Shown: positions 47,492 through 57,371 of the stretch, piece after piece
Layout of the letters: every line of letters starts with the position of its first letter
How positions within the stretch are numbered: the first letter of the stretch is position 1
Source of the DNA: Candidatus Nanopelagicales bacterium
GTDB lineage: Bacteria; Actinomycetota; Actinomycetes; S36-B12; UBA5976
DNA length: 64,000 bases
Reading direction: 5' to 3'
Assembly (NCBI GenBank): GCA_016463095.1
Contig: JAEMSA010000002.1
Coordinates: 1,502 to 65,501 of the forward strand
Program-made: the position numbers and the translations under genes
Notes under the pieces: generated by a model
Seen by the model: the letters and a program-made list of their open reading frames with translations, nothing else
What the model was told of the DNA's origin: nothing
The model's database searches: none

Positions 47492-49011
47492 GGCAGCGGA
47501 CAGAACAAACCACTTTCAGGTGCAGCAATAGCTGCAGGTGATGGGGTGGGAGTCGGAGATTTGGTTGGGGTAGCAACCACAACAGGAGCAGTGGGCAGCA
47601 CCCAAGTAGCCGGAGCGTTATTTCCTAAAATCACAACAACATCAGATCCAGTTAATTCAGGATCTTCAGCAACATTAGTTATCCCTAAAAGTTGTGCAAT
47701 AACTTCAGCTTTTAAAGCGTTACCGCTGGTGTGCACAATAACTGTTTCAGCAGTGTCTTTATTGGGTGCGTTGCCAACCTCGGCAATATTTACGCCCTTA
47801 TTTTTTAAATAATCACCCGTTAACGCTGCAAAACCAGAACGTCTAGTGCCATTCAAAACAACCGTAGCAACGTCACTGGGCTTAACCACAATGTTTTCTG
47901 TTTCTTCAGTTGGAGTTGTATCAGAATTTGGTACACCATCAATTGGTGGCCAGCCTGTGTCATTAATTATTGAGCTCCACAAAGCTGCGGCAGCTGTTGT
48001 CCATTGGACGCGGTTTCCATCTGCTGTTCCTTCGAAAGGAACAGTTACAAATGAAATATTCTTTGATCCCATGCTAGATAAACTGGTGGAAAGAGTTACT
48101 AGTGAATCTAGATCTGAAAGACCCGGATCCATTCTTAGTGAAGAAGTTGCCGCATTTAAAACTTTATATAGGGCAGGAAGATCTGTTATTAAATTCATTT
48201 TTGTAACTTGATCAATTGTTAAAGAAAGTAATTCCTGTTGTCTTTCAATTCTTTTAAGATCACTACCATCGGCAAGTGAATATCGAGCGCGCATTAAACC
48301 AAGGGCATTTATGCCATCAACAGTTTGGATTCCAGCAGGTAGTTGAATTCCTGCACCGTTTTCAACAGGTTCATCAACTGCTTCAGTTAAACAAACTTTA
48401 ATTCCACCTAAAGCATCAACAACATTTGAAAAACCAACAAAGTCAACAATCACTGCATGATTAATTGTTATCCCAGTTAAAGTTTCAATTGTTTTAACTG
48501 TGCAACCTGGTCCAGCTGAAGAGAAAGCAGAATTAAATAAATCTGTTTTTTCCTCCGTGGTGGTGCCATCATCTTTAGTACACACTGGAATGTTCACCAC
48601 AGAATCTCGGGGAATACTCACCACAATTGCACTCTTTCGATCATTTGAAAGATGAACTAAAATAGTGGTATCACTTCTACCGTTTCCACCGAAATCTGTT
48701 TCGCTTCCAAACCCACCACCTTGATCGGTTCTGGTGTCTGTACCCATTAACAAAATATTTAAAGGTCCGGTTACGCCCACAGGTTTTGGTGAGGCAATGA
48801 CTTCAAGTGCTTTAATATTTCCGGCTAAGTTTCGAGCAGCAAATCCCAAAATGCCTGCGACTGTGGCAACTATCAATATGAGGCCAGAGGAAATAGCCAC
48901 CAATACCCTCAAGCGGTTGGTGGGCTTTTTCTTTAGCTGATTATTTGCCATATCTCCATTTAGACAATATCGAGGAATCCCTGCATTATTATGTGTATTC
49001 CTCATGAACAC
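47488..49011 (-). CDS. LCP family protein with LytR_C-like C-terminal domain and Pro/Thr-rich tail
   Basis: It has 'LLMGTDTRTD...RSDTTILV' and 'RARY...DLKRIERQQ'. The C-terminal region has 'VVLNGTRRSGFA' and the 'PTKSPTPTPSP' tail. The likely start is ATG 48951. Confidence 0.85.
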   Translation of the reverse strand: MFMRNTHNNAGIPRYCLNGDMANNQLKKKPTNRLRVLVAISSGLILIVATVAGILGFAARNLAGNIKALEVIASPKPVGVTGPLNILLMGTDTRTDQGGGFGSETDFGGNGRSDTTILVHLSNDRKSAIVVSIPRDSVVNIPVCTKDDGTTTEEKTDLFNSAFSSAGPGCTVKTIETLTGITINHAVIVDFVGFSNVVDALGGIKVCLTEAVDEPVENGAGIQLPAGIQTVDGINALGLMRARYSLADGSDLKRIERQQELLSLTIDQVTKMNLITDLPALYKVLNAATSSLRMDPGLSDLDSLVTLSTSLSSMGSKNISFVTVPFEGTADGNRVQWTTAAAALWSSIINDTGWPPIDGVPNSDTTPTEETENIVVKPSDVATVVLNGTRRSGFAALTGDYLKNKGVNIAEVGNAPNKDTAETVIVHTSGNALKAEVIAQLLGITNVAEDPELTGSDVVVILGNNAPATWVLPTAPVVVATPTKSPTPTPSPAAIAAPESGLFCPLP

Positions 49012-49072
49012 TACCTATTTCTAGGTGAGTCAAGACTGTTGGACTTAGAGGTTTGCCCATATCGTTTGAGGT

Positions 49073-50098
49073 ATGACAAAAACATTGAAAATCATTGCTT
49101 TAGCCTCAGTCGCAACCTTTTTACTTTCTGCATGTGGTGGCTCAACTGCCTCAGATGCTGCAGCACCAGACGCAAGTGAAACAGCCAAAGTTGGTTTTAG
49201 TCCCCTTTCGGGATTACCCGGTGGCAGTGGTGGACCAATTGCTGTTGTAAAAATTGACAACGTCAGCCCAGCCAGACCTCAATGGGGAATTTCTGCGGCC
49301 GATTTGGTATTTGTGGAAGAAGTAGAAGCAGGCTTAACCAGAATTGCTGCCGTATATAATTCCACCTTGCCAAATAAAGTTGGGCCAGTTAGATCAGCTC
49401 GTATTTCAGATCTAGAAATTATGGAACAATTTGGTACTCCTGCATTTGCCTTTAGTGGTGCGCAATCAAAATTCTTGCCCCTAATTGATCAAGCAAATGT
49501 GATTAATGCCAGCCATGGTTTGAATGGCAAGTTTTATACCCGCGAAACAGATAAAAACATTCCCCACAATTTAACTGTTGATTTGGCAAGTGTGGTTGCT
49601 TCACTTACAGGTGTAAGTGGCGCCAAAGATATGGGCTGGACTTTTTCTCCTGCGGCTCCAGCTGGAGGTAGCGACACAAAATCCTTCTCCGCTAAATGGC
49701 CTGCTTCCAGAGTTGGTGCGGAATGGGATGGCACAAACAATGCTTGGGTTATTGCACTTGATGGCGAACCTGCTTCTGATGCGGTAACTAATCAACCCTT
49801 GTTTGCTAAAAACATTATTGTTCAATATGTGAATCAGTTAGAAGATTCAGGTTTCCAAGATAAAAATGGAAACAAGACACCATTAATTCAAACAGTTGGT
49901 TCAGGAACCGCTGTGGTGATGAGAGATGGCCAAAGATATGAAGCCACCTGGTCAAGACCTATGGCAGCAAACCCAACTACTTACACAGTGGGAGCGGCAA
50001 GCTATGTGTTTGCACCGGGACAAACATGGGTGCTCTTTGTGCCTAAAACTTACCCAGTTGTTTTTGATCCTGAAACCTCACCAACACCTGGTTCATAA
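49073..50098 (+). CDS. DUF3048-like secreted lipoprotein
   Basis: It has lipobox 'LLSAC', 'VVKIDNVSPARPQWGISAADLVFVEEVEAGLTR' and 'VRSARISD'. Confidence 0.6.
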   Translation: MTKTLKIIALASVATFLLSACGGSTASDAAAPDASETAKVGFSPLSGLPGGSGGPIAVVKIDNVSPARPQWGISAADLVFVEEVEAGLTRIAAVYNSTLPNKVGPVRSARISDLEIMEQFGTPAFAFSGAQSKFLPLIDQANVINASHGLNGKFYTRETDKNIPHNLTVDLASVVASLTGVSGAKDMGWTFSPAAPAGGSDTKSFSAKWPASRVGAEWDGTNNAWVIALDGEPASDAVTNQPLFAKNIIVQYVNQLEDSGFQDKNGNKTPLIQTVGSGTAVVMRDGQRYEATWSRPMAANPTTYTVGAASYVFAPGQTWVLFVPKTYPVVFDPETSPTPGS

Positions 50099-50103
50099 CT
50101 AGT

Positions 50104-50123
50104 TTTATTTGTTAACAAATAAA
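50104..50123. promoter_or_regulatory. Perfect 20-bp palindrome TTTATTTGTTAACAAATAAA between the DUF3048 gene and the nucleotidyltransferase gene
   Basis: Read directly from the sequence. It lies 6 nt after the stop at 50098 and 19 nt before GTG 50142. It could be a dimeric-regulator operator or an AU-rich hairpin. Confidence 0.3.
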
Positions 50124-50141
50124 TATCAGTGGTGAGGGTTT

Positions 50142-51242
50142 GTGACTGAAGCAATAATGTTAGTTGGGGGCTTTGGCACCCGATTAAAACCGTTAACCAT
50201 CCACACACCTAAACCCATGTTGGAAGTTGCGGGCTTTCCGGTAACTGCCCACCAAATCTCTAAAGCAAAAGCAGCAGGTATTGACCACATTGTGTTGGGC
50301 ACAGCTTTCAAAGCTGAAGTTTTTCACCAAGGTTTAGGTGATGGCTCAAAATTGGGAGTGAAAATAAGTTACGCCTATGAACCAGAACAACTGGGCACAG
50401 GTGGTGGGATCAGAAATGCTGCAGCATTATTAACCTGTGGTCCAGAAGATCCAGTAATTATTTTTAACGGTGATGTATTAACTGGTGTGGATATAAACAA
50501 AGTTTTAAATGAATGGAAACAAAAAAATGCCGATGTGGCACTCTATTTAACTAAAGTTGATAACCCTTCAGCTTATGGATCTGTGCCCACCGATAGTCAA
50601 GGCAATGTCTTAGCGTTTTTAGAAAAACCGGAAAGAAAAGAAGATATCATCACCGATCAAATCAATGCTGGAATGTACATTTTCAAAAGAAAAATTATTG
50701 ACACAATTGCCACTGGACGAGTCGTTTCAGTTGAAAGAGAAGTTTTTCCTAATTTACTTAAAGCTGGTTTAAAAGTAATTGGGGTAGTAGATCAAGGCTA
50801 CTGGTTAGATCTTGGAACACCAAAAGCTTTTATTAAAGGATCAAGTGATTTAGTTAGCGGAAAAATTAAAACAGGTTTACTGCAATCTTTTGGGGATAAA
50901 TTAATTTTAAGTGGTGCCCAAGTTGATGAATCAGCCAAAGTAATAAACGGATCTGTGATTGGAATAAATTCAATAATTGAAAAAAATTGTGAAATAAATA
51001 ATTCTGTGATTGCTCGTGATGTTTTAGTAGCCGAAAAATGCGTTATTGAAGCAAGCATCATTGCGCAAGGTGCCAAAATTGGTGCAGGATGTGTGATCAA
51101 AAATTCTGTGGTGGCAGATTTTGTGGAATTAGCGGCAGGTTCAGTGCTAACTAATGATGCAAGAATTTGGCCGGATCAAAAAGTGGCAAAAATTGAACTC
51201 AATAATCAAACCCTGCCCGAAAATCCTGACTGGGGAATTTAG
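50142..51242 (+). CDS. Mannose-1-phosphate guanylyltransferase-type NDP-sugar pyrophosphorylase with C-terminal left-handed beta-helix
   Basis: It has 'MLVGGFGTRLKPLT' and 'EKPE', with a hexapeptide-repeat C-terminus. Its position upstream of whiB2 matches Rv3264c. Confidence 0.8.
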   Translation: MTEAIMLVGGFGTRLKPLTIHTPKPMLEVAGFPVTAHQISKAKAAGIDHIVLGTAFKAEVFHQGLGDGSKLGVKISYAYEPEQLGTGGGIRNAAALLTCGPEDPVIIFNGDVLTGVDINKVLNEWKQKNADVALYLTKVDNPSAYGSVPTDSQGNVLAFLEKPERKEDIITDQINAGMYIFKRKIIDTIATGRVVSVEREVFPNLLKAGLKVIGVVDQGYWLDLGTPKAFIKGSSDLVSGKIKTGLLQSFGDKLILSGAQVDESAKVINGSVIGINSIIEKNCEINNSVIARDVLVAEKCVIEASIIAQGAKIGAGCVIKNSVVADFVELAAGSVLTNDARIWPDQKVAKIELNNQTLPENPDWGI

Positions 51243-51416
51243 CGAGATTTTAAGAAAATGTTGAAAAACGCAATTTATATCGGACTTTTAAGACTAAACG
51301 GAAATAAATCTGAAAAAACATGGCCTAAACACTTGACCTACCCCTAGTTACAAGCGTGTAATTCGTTCAGGTAGTTTTTTACCTAGCGGCCGAAACAGAC
51401 ATTCGGTCGAATACTT

Positions 51417-51698
51417 ATGGGGGTTTTGAAATTGTCCGACTTCACGGGCTTAAGTCTTGTTCCAAGCGATAGTGAGCCAGCTGGCTGGCAAGAAAAGGCA
51501 CTTTGTGCTCAAACAGATCCTGAAGCCTTTTTCCCTGAAAAAGGTGGTTCTACCCGAGAAGCCAAGAGAGTTTGTACTTCCTGTGAGGTTAGAGCTGAAT
51601 GTCTTGAATACGCATTAGAAAACGATGAACGTTTCGGTATTTGGGGTGGATTGTCTGAGCGCGAACGTCGCCGGATGAGACGCTCTCAAGTTATTTAA
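51417..51698 (+). CDS. whiB2: WhiB-family transcription factor, WhiB2/WhiB-like
   Basis: 'WQEKALCAQTDPEAFFPEKGGSTREAKRVCTSCEVRAECLEYALENDERFGIWGGLSERERRR' is close to the canonical WhiB2 core. Confidence 0.9.
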   Translation: MGVLKLSDFTGLSLVPSDSEPAGWQEKALCAQTDPEAFFPEKGGSTREAKRVCTSCEVRAECLEYALENDERFGIWGGLSERERRRMRRSQVI

Positions 51699-51804
51699 TT
51701 CTGCTCATTTAATTAACACCTGTCTCAAAGGTGAACTTGCGTATATATAAGTATCAGGCGCGCCTACGCGTCACTTTTGTAACAAATTCACTAGCGTATA
51801 AAAC

Positions 51805-52161
51805 ATGGCATATTTAAGAAAATGCACCAGGTTGTCGTGTGGCAAATTAGCCGTGGCAACCCTTACCTATGTTTACGCCGACTCCACAGCTGTGGTTGGG
51901 CCTTTGGCCACCATCGCCGAACCTCATTGTTATGACTTATGTGAAATACATGCTCGCAAACTAACTGCACCTCGTGGTTGGGAAATTGTGAGATTAGAAA
52001 GTGAAGCTGAAGATTTTAGTCCCTCCCAAGATGATTTATTGGCTTTAGCAAATGCGGTACGTGAGGCAGCTAAACCCCAACCTGATGTTTGGTCTGAACC
52101 GGCTTTTGCCAACAACTATGCCAATCGAAGTCATTTGCGCATAGTTCGTGAAGAAAACTAA
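51805..52161 (+). CDS. DUF3499-family protein
   Basis: 118 aa. 'CTRLSCGKLAVATLTYVYADSTAVVGPLA...EPHCYDLCEIHA' is characteristic. The synteny matches Rv3258c. Confidence 0.7.
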   Translation: MAYLRKCTRLSCGKLAVATLTYVYADSTAVVGPLATIAEPHCYDLCEIHARKLTAPRGWEIVRLESEAEDFSPSQDDLLALANAVREAAKPQPDVWSEPAFANNYANRSHLRIVREEN

Positions 52162-52196
52162 CTAACTTCCCATCTGCTACTAGTCTTTGAAGTCTT

Positions 52197-53597
52197 ATGA
52201 AATCTGAAATCACCCTGGAGCGTTTACAAAACCTGATTAAGGCCTATGACATCAGAGGCATTGCCCCGGAAGATCTTGATGAAAATATTTCATATTTAAT
52301 CGGTCAAGCTTTTGTGATTGCTTTAAAGCTGAGAAAATCAGATGGTGGTTGTGGTCAAGTAGTGATCGCCCACGACATGAGACCAAGTGGTCCTGCCTTA
52401 GTAAAAAGTTTTGCCAGAGGAGTTTTAGAGCAAGGTGTTGATGTTTTGTACATGGGACTTGCTTCAACAGATGGTTTGTATTTTGCAACAGGTTTTCTCA
52501 ACATTGCTGGTGCCATGTTTACTGCCAGTCATAATCCAGCCGAATATAACGGAATCAAATTAGCAAAAGCTGGTGCTGCACCGGTGGGACAAGATTCTGG
52601 TTTAAGAGAGATAACACATTTAGTGCTTAACCCAATACCAAAATTTGAGGGAACTCAAGGTTCAGAAAGCACTCGAGATCTAAATGTTGAATATGTTAAA
52701 CACTTACATTCACTGGTTGATTTAAAATCTGCACGAAAATTAAAGATTGTTATTGATGCCGGAAATGGCATGGGTGGTTTTAGTGTGCCCAAAGTATTTG
52801 AAAATTCAAATTTTGAAATTGTGCCAATGTTTTTTGAACTTGATGGAACTTTTCCCAATCATGAAGCAAATCCAATTGATCCAGCAAACTTGGTTGATTT
52901 GCAAAAAAGAGTGTTGGCGGAAAAAGCGGATATCGGAATCGCTTTTGATGGCGATGCTGATCGAGCATTTTTTGTTGACGAAAAAGGGAAAATTATCACC
53001 CCAAGTGCTATTACCGCTCTGATTGCAAAACGAGAATTAAAACGTGAACCTGGAGCAACAATAATTCATAATTTAATTACTTCGCGAAGCGTGGCAGAAG
53101 TAGTTAAGGAACATGGTGGCAAGGCCATAAAAACTCGGGTAGGTCATTCTTTTATTAAGCAAGTAATGAAAGACACCAATGCCATATTTGGGGGAGAACA
53201 TTCAGGCCATTTCTATTTCAGAGATTTTTGGTTTGCTGATAGTGGAATGTTGGCCGCGCTACATGTATTAGCCGCCTTAGGTGAAACAACATCATCAATC
53301 ACATTTTCATCACTAATTAGTGAATTTGATAGATACATTGCCAGTGGTGAAATTAATACTCGAGTAAAAGATGTTGGTACAACTAGCAAAAAAGTTCAAG
53401 ATCACTTTGCCGCGTCTAAGGATGTCCAAATTGATGATTTGGATGGACTGACTTTCTCAAGTTCGACCTGGTGGGTAAATGTTCGACCAAGTAACACAGA
53501 ACCCTTACTTCGCTTAAACGCCGAAGCTAAAGACCGTGCAACAATGGAAAAGGTACGTGACGAAGTACTAGCAATTATTCGAGAGGATGCACAATGA
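52197..53597 (+). CDS. manB: Phosphomannomutase/phosphoglucomutase
   Basis: It has the phosphoserine loop 'TASHNPAEYNGIK', the metal loop 'FDGDADR' and 'GGEHSGH'. Confidence 0.9.
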   Translation: MKSEITLERLQNLIKAYDIRGIAPEDLDENISYLIGQAFVIALKLRKSDGGCGQVVIAHDMRPSGPALVKSFARGVLEQGVDVLYMGLASTDGLYFATGFLNIAGAMFTASHNPAEYNGIKLAKAGAAPVGQDSGLREITHLVLNPIPKFEGTQGSESTRDLNVEYVKHLHSLVDLKSARKLKIVIDAGNGMGGFSVPKVFENSNFEIVPMFFELDGTFPNHEANPIDPANLVDLQKRVLAEKADIGIAFDGDADRAFFVDEKGKIITPSAITALIAKRELKREPGATIIHNLITSRSVAEVVKEHGGKAIKTRVGHSFIKQVMKDTNAIFGGEHSGHFYFRDFWFADSGMLAALHVLAALGETTSSITFSSLISEFDRYIASGEINTRVKDVGTTSKKVQDHFAASKDVQIDDLDGLTFSSSTWWVNVRPSNTEPLLRLNAEAKDRATMEKVRDEVLAIIREDAQ

Positions 53598-53788
53598 GTT
53601 CAGTTATCAAACCAGAATTATTAGAAATCTTGGCTTGTCCATGTGACAAACATGCAGATGTTTCAGTTTCAAGTGATGACACAAAAATTGTTTGCTCAAG
53701 TTGTGCCACAACTTTTCCCATCAAAGATGGAATTCCTGTGATGTTGCTAGACGAAGCAACTCCTGGCCCACGTGGCATCGGCGGCTAA
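53594..53788 (+). CDS. Trm112/YcaR-family small zinc-ribbon protein
   Basis: 64 aa. It has 'LLEILACPCDK...CSSCATTFPIKDGIPVMLLDEA'. Confidence 0.75.
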   Translation: MSSVIKPELLEILACPCDKHADVSVSSDDTKIVCSSCATTFPIKDGIPVMLLDEATPGPRGIGG

Positions 53789-53797
53789 TTTTTTTAA

Positions 53798-54871
53798 ATG
53801 AGTAATAACACGATCATTGTTGTTAAAGGTGCCTTAAAGGAATATGCCTGGGGCAAAATTAACGGATTACAAAACTGGGTTGAAAAAACTGATAAACCCC
53901 AAGCTGAGCTTTGGTTTGGTGATCATCCATCTGGCAGATCCATTGAAAAAAAATCCAATCAGGAACTAAAAACTAACTCAACTTTTCCATTGCTAATAAA
54001 ATTGCTTTGTGCCAATGAACCACTCTCAATACAGGTTCACCCTGATCTGGTTACAGCAGAAACTGGAATGGCAGATTTTGAAGATGGCGAAAAACTATTA
54101 TCAGACTCAAACGGCAAAGACGAATTACTTTTTGCCTTAGAAGAATTTCATGCATTTGCTGGAGTTGAAACCAAAGCTAAACGTGATGTGGTTTTCAAAT
54201 TACTTTTAGAAAAATCCAAAATAAGTGAATTACAGCAAATCTTGGAAACAAATACTTTCTTTGATGCAGCAGATATTATTTTTGAACTTGAAAAATCATC
54301 AATTAAAGTCTTGAATGAAATAGTTGTGGAAAGTGTTAAACAGGCTCAATATTCACCAAAAGCTGTGTCTGCTTTTGAAAAAATAGTTGCAAAATACGCG
54401 CAAGATCCAGGTGTCTTGGTTTGTCTTTTGATGGAATTTCACATTTTAGAAAAAGGCAATGCAATTCACGTCTCCCCAGGAACACCTCATTGTTATGTGC
54501 AAGGTTTAGCAGTTGAGGTTATGACAACTTCTGACAATGTTCTAAGAATGGGTTTAACCAATAAACACATAAATATTGATGCTGCTCTAAGTATTGTTGA
54601 AGAAAAACAGGTTCAAATAATGTCACTTGACACCACCGATGGGGTGCACATTTATAAACCAGAGTCAGATTTTGAATTAATAGCGATAGACAATGCCACC
54701 TATCAATCCCGTGAGACCAATTTTGCTGGAGTGCTAAACCTGGAAGGTGAGACAAAGATTGTTGATGGGGCAAACGAAATTCTGCTAGCTAAGGGTGAAG
54801 TGGCACTTATTAGCAATATAGATGTAAAAGTTGAGGTTAAAGGTCATGCCGTAGTTGCGAGAAGTTTTTAG
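53798..54871 (+). CDS. manA: Mannose-6-phosphate isomerase, class I
   Basis: It has 'YAWGK', 'ELWFGDHPSG', 'LSIQVHPD' and 'EVMTTSDNVLRMGLT'. Confidence 0.85.
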   Translation: MSNNTIIVVKGALKEYAWGKINGLQNWVEKTDKPQAELWFGDHPSGRSIEKKSNQELKTNSTFPLLIKLLCANEPLSIQVHPDLVTAETGMADFEDGEKLLSDSNGKDELLFALEEFHAFAGVETKAKRDVVFKLLLEKSKISELQQILETNTFFDAADIIFELEKSSIKVLNEIVVESVKQAQYSPKAVSAFEKIVAKYAQDPGVLVCLLMEFHILEKGNAIHVSPGTPHCYVQGLAVEVMTTSDNVLRMGLTNKHINIDAALSIVEEKQVQIMSLDTTDGVHIYKPESDFELIAIDNATYQSRETNFAGVLNLEGETKIVDGANEILLAKGEVALISNIDVKVEVKGHAVVARSF

Positions 54872-54926
54872 TCTGGCACAATTGTTTTTAGTTTGATTCA
54901 TACTAAATCCCAGGGGTAAATAAAAA

Positions 54927-56396
54927 GTGAATGACTTTTCAATGACAGTTGATCGTTTCGGAGATTTGGACTACAAAGTTGCAGATCTTTCTCTAGCTGA
55001 TTTTGGTCGTAAAGAAATCCAATTAGCTGAACACGAAATGCCAGGTTTAATGGCAATGAGAAAAGAGTTTGGTACAACCAAGCCACTTAAAGGTGCACGC
55101 ATCACTGGTTCATTACACATGACAATTCAAACCGCAGTTTTGATTGAAACACTTGTTGAATTAGGAGCAGAAGTTCGCTGGGCTTCTTGCAATATTTTCT
55201 CAACCCAAGATCAAGCAGCAGCAGCTGTTGTAGTTGGACCAAATGGAACAAAAGAAAAACCAAACGGTGTTCCAGTGTTTGCCTGGAAAGGTGAATCACT
55301 AGAAGAATATTGGTGGTGCACCGAACAAATTTTGAAATGGACAGATGGCGCAGGTCCCAACATGATTCTTGATGATGGTGGCGACGCAACTTTATTGGTT
55401 CATAAAGGTGTGGAATTTGAAAAAACTGGAGATCAACCAGAACCAGAAAAAGCAGACAACGAAGAATTTGCTGTTATTTTAAAATTGATTCAAAAAACTT
55501 TGAAAGAAAACTCAAGGCTCTGGACTGATGTTGCCAACAACATCAAGGGTGTAACAGAAGAAACCACAACTGGTGTGCATCGTCTGTATGAAATGTTTAG
55601 ATCAAATCAATTGCTGTTTCCTGCTATCAACGTAAATGATGCAGTTACAAAGAGTAAGTTTGATAATAAATATGGAACTCGTCATTCATTAATTGATGGA
55701 ATCAACCGAGCTACTGATGTTTTGATCGGTGGAAAAGTTGCTGTTGTTTGTGGATACGGTGATGTTGGTAAAGGAACAGCCGAATCATTACGCGGACAAG
55801 GTGCTCGAGTAATTATTACTGAGATTGATCCAATTTGTGCGTTGCAAGCAGCCATGGATGGATACGAAGTTAACACTTTAGAAAACACACTCACTTACGC
55901 AGACATCATCATCACTGCTACTGGTTGTAAAAACGTCATCACTGTTGATCAAATGTCGAGAATGAAAGACAAAGCAATCGTAGGAAATATTGGTCACTTT
56001 GATAACGAAATTGATATGGCTGGCTTAGCAAATAACAAGAGTGCTAAACGAGTTAACATCAAACCACAAGTTGATGAGTGGGTATTTAATGATAAAAACT
56101 CCATCATTATTTTGAGTGAAGGAAGATTACTTAATCTCGGTAACGCTACTGGACATCCATCATTTGTGATGAGTAACTCTTTTACTAACCAAGTGTTAGC
56201 ACAAATTGAACTCTTTACTAAAACTGAGCAATACCCTGTTGGTGTTTATACACTTCGTAAAGAATTAGATGAAAAGGTTGCACGATTGCACTTAGGTGCT
56301 TTGGGTGCAAAATTAACAGAATTAACTACAGAACAAGCTGATTATCTAGGATTAGATAAGAGCGGGCCTTATAAGTCCGATCAATATCGTTACTGA
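54927..56396 (+). CDS. ahcY: Adenosylhomocysteinase
   Basis: It has '[16 protein letters not shown]', '[13 protein letters not shown]' and the NAD site '[10 protein letters not shown]'. The start is either GTG 54927 or ATG 54942. Confidence 0.95.
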   Translation: MNDFSMTVDRFGDLDYKVADLSLADFGRKEIQLAEHEMPGLMAMRKEFGTTKPLKGARITGSLHMTIQTAVLIETLVELGAEVRWASCNIFSTQDQAAAAVVVGPNGTKEKPNGVPVFAWKGESLEEYWWCTEQILKWTDGAGPNMILDDGGDATLLVHKGVEFEKTGDQPEPEKADNEEFAVILKLIQKTLKENSRLWTDVANNIKGVTEETTTGVHRLYEMFRSNQLLFPAINVNDAVTKSKFDNKYGTRHSLIDGINRATDVLIGGKVAVVCGYGDVGKGTAESLRGQGARVIITEIDPICALQAAMDGYEVNTLENTLTYADIIITATGCKNVITVDQMSRMKDKAIVGNIGHFDNEIDMAGLANNKSAKRVNIKPQVDEWVFNDKNSIIILSEGRLLNLGNATGHPSFVMSNSFTNQVLAQIELFTKTEQYPVGVYTLRKELDEKVARLHLGALGAKLTELTTEQADYLGLDKSGPYKSDQYRY

Positions 56397-56401
56397 TTTA
56401 C

Positions 56402-57334
56402 TTACTTAGCTAAATCAGTAACAATGTTTTCTTTTCTAAATTTCAAATCTGTATAAAGTAATGTGGTAAATGCTGCAATAAAAGGCAACATGAACGCATA
56501 ACCAATTATTGAACCCATAGAAGACATAAAGATTGCTGAAGTCGTTGGATCTTCAGTTGCACCAACAGCTCCAAGAATTGTGAACGGTGTTGAAACCACA
56601 ATTGATAGTGCTTGGCTGGTTATTAGTCCCATTAAGCCAATTCCCAGAACTCTAAAAAAATTACCCTTTACTAAGAAGAATGATCTTTTAAGAGCAATTT
56701 TTAATTTAGTTTCTTCTAACACAAGTGCAGGAATGCTAACTTGCAAACCAATCCAAAGATAAATTGCTGCTCCTAAACCTATTCCTAATCCCACAAAAAC
56801 TAGAAGTGAACTAATTCCACTAAGCGCAACTCCAATAAGTAAACCTATAACAATGGAAATTGTGGGCAATAAAAATGAAACCACTGAAAGTCCCACAATT
56901 CTACCTAATTGTGGTCGAGTTTTTTCCCACGATTCTGTAACACTAATTTTCACACCACTTATTCCATTACTCACAATATGGATAAACATGCCTGCTGAAA
57001 TCGCTTGCACAAAGAAAAGTGCCAAAGAAGTTATTAGTCCAACTTTTAAAGTAGGGGCAAGTGCATTAACTAACTCTTCAATTTGTTCTTGAGTTATCAC
57101 TGATGCTGGATTAGGAATTTCGGGAAGTATTAAACTTTCACCACTTTTCACAACAAGGGCCGAAGTCAATATGTTGCTGATTCCGATGAAGAATCCTGAG
57201 AATAAGCCAATTCCCAATAAAGTTTTTGGCATTCTTCTTAGACAGTTAAAAGAGCCACTTAGTATTTCGCTAAGGGTCAAATTGCGTTGGGGAATCAAAC
57301 TTGCACCGGGACCTTGAGTCATCACTACCTCCAC
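56402..57334 (-). CDS. Polytopic membrane protein of unknown function
   Basis: 310 aa with about 6-7 hydrophobic segments. I recognise no catalytic motif. Confidence 0.4.
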   Translation of the reverse strand: MEVVMTQGPGASLIPQRNLTLSEILSGSFNCLRRMPKTLLGIGLFSGFFIGISNILTSALVVKSGESLILPEIPNPASVITQEQIEELVNALAPTLKVGLITSLALFFVQAISAGMFIHIVSNGISGVKISVTESWEKTRPQLGRIVGLSVVSFLLPTISIVIGLLIGVALSGISSLLVFVGLGIGLGAAIYLWIGLQVSIPALVLEETKLKIALKRSFFLVKGNFFRVLGIGLMGLITSQALSIVVSTPFTILGAVGATEDPTTSAIFMSSMGSIIGYAFMLPFIAAFTTLLYTDLKFRKENIVTDLAK

Positions 57335-57371
57335 TTCGATTTTGTCATAGATGAGGTGACAACATTGCAGT

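Noticed and set aside
54872-54926. SAH riboswitch upstream of ahcY.
   Set aside because: The intergenic region is only 55 nt and AT-rich, too short for the SAH element and lacking its GC-rich pseudoknot.
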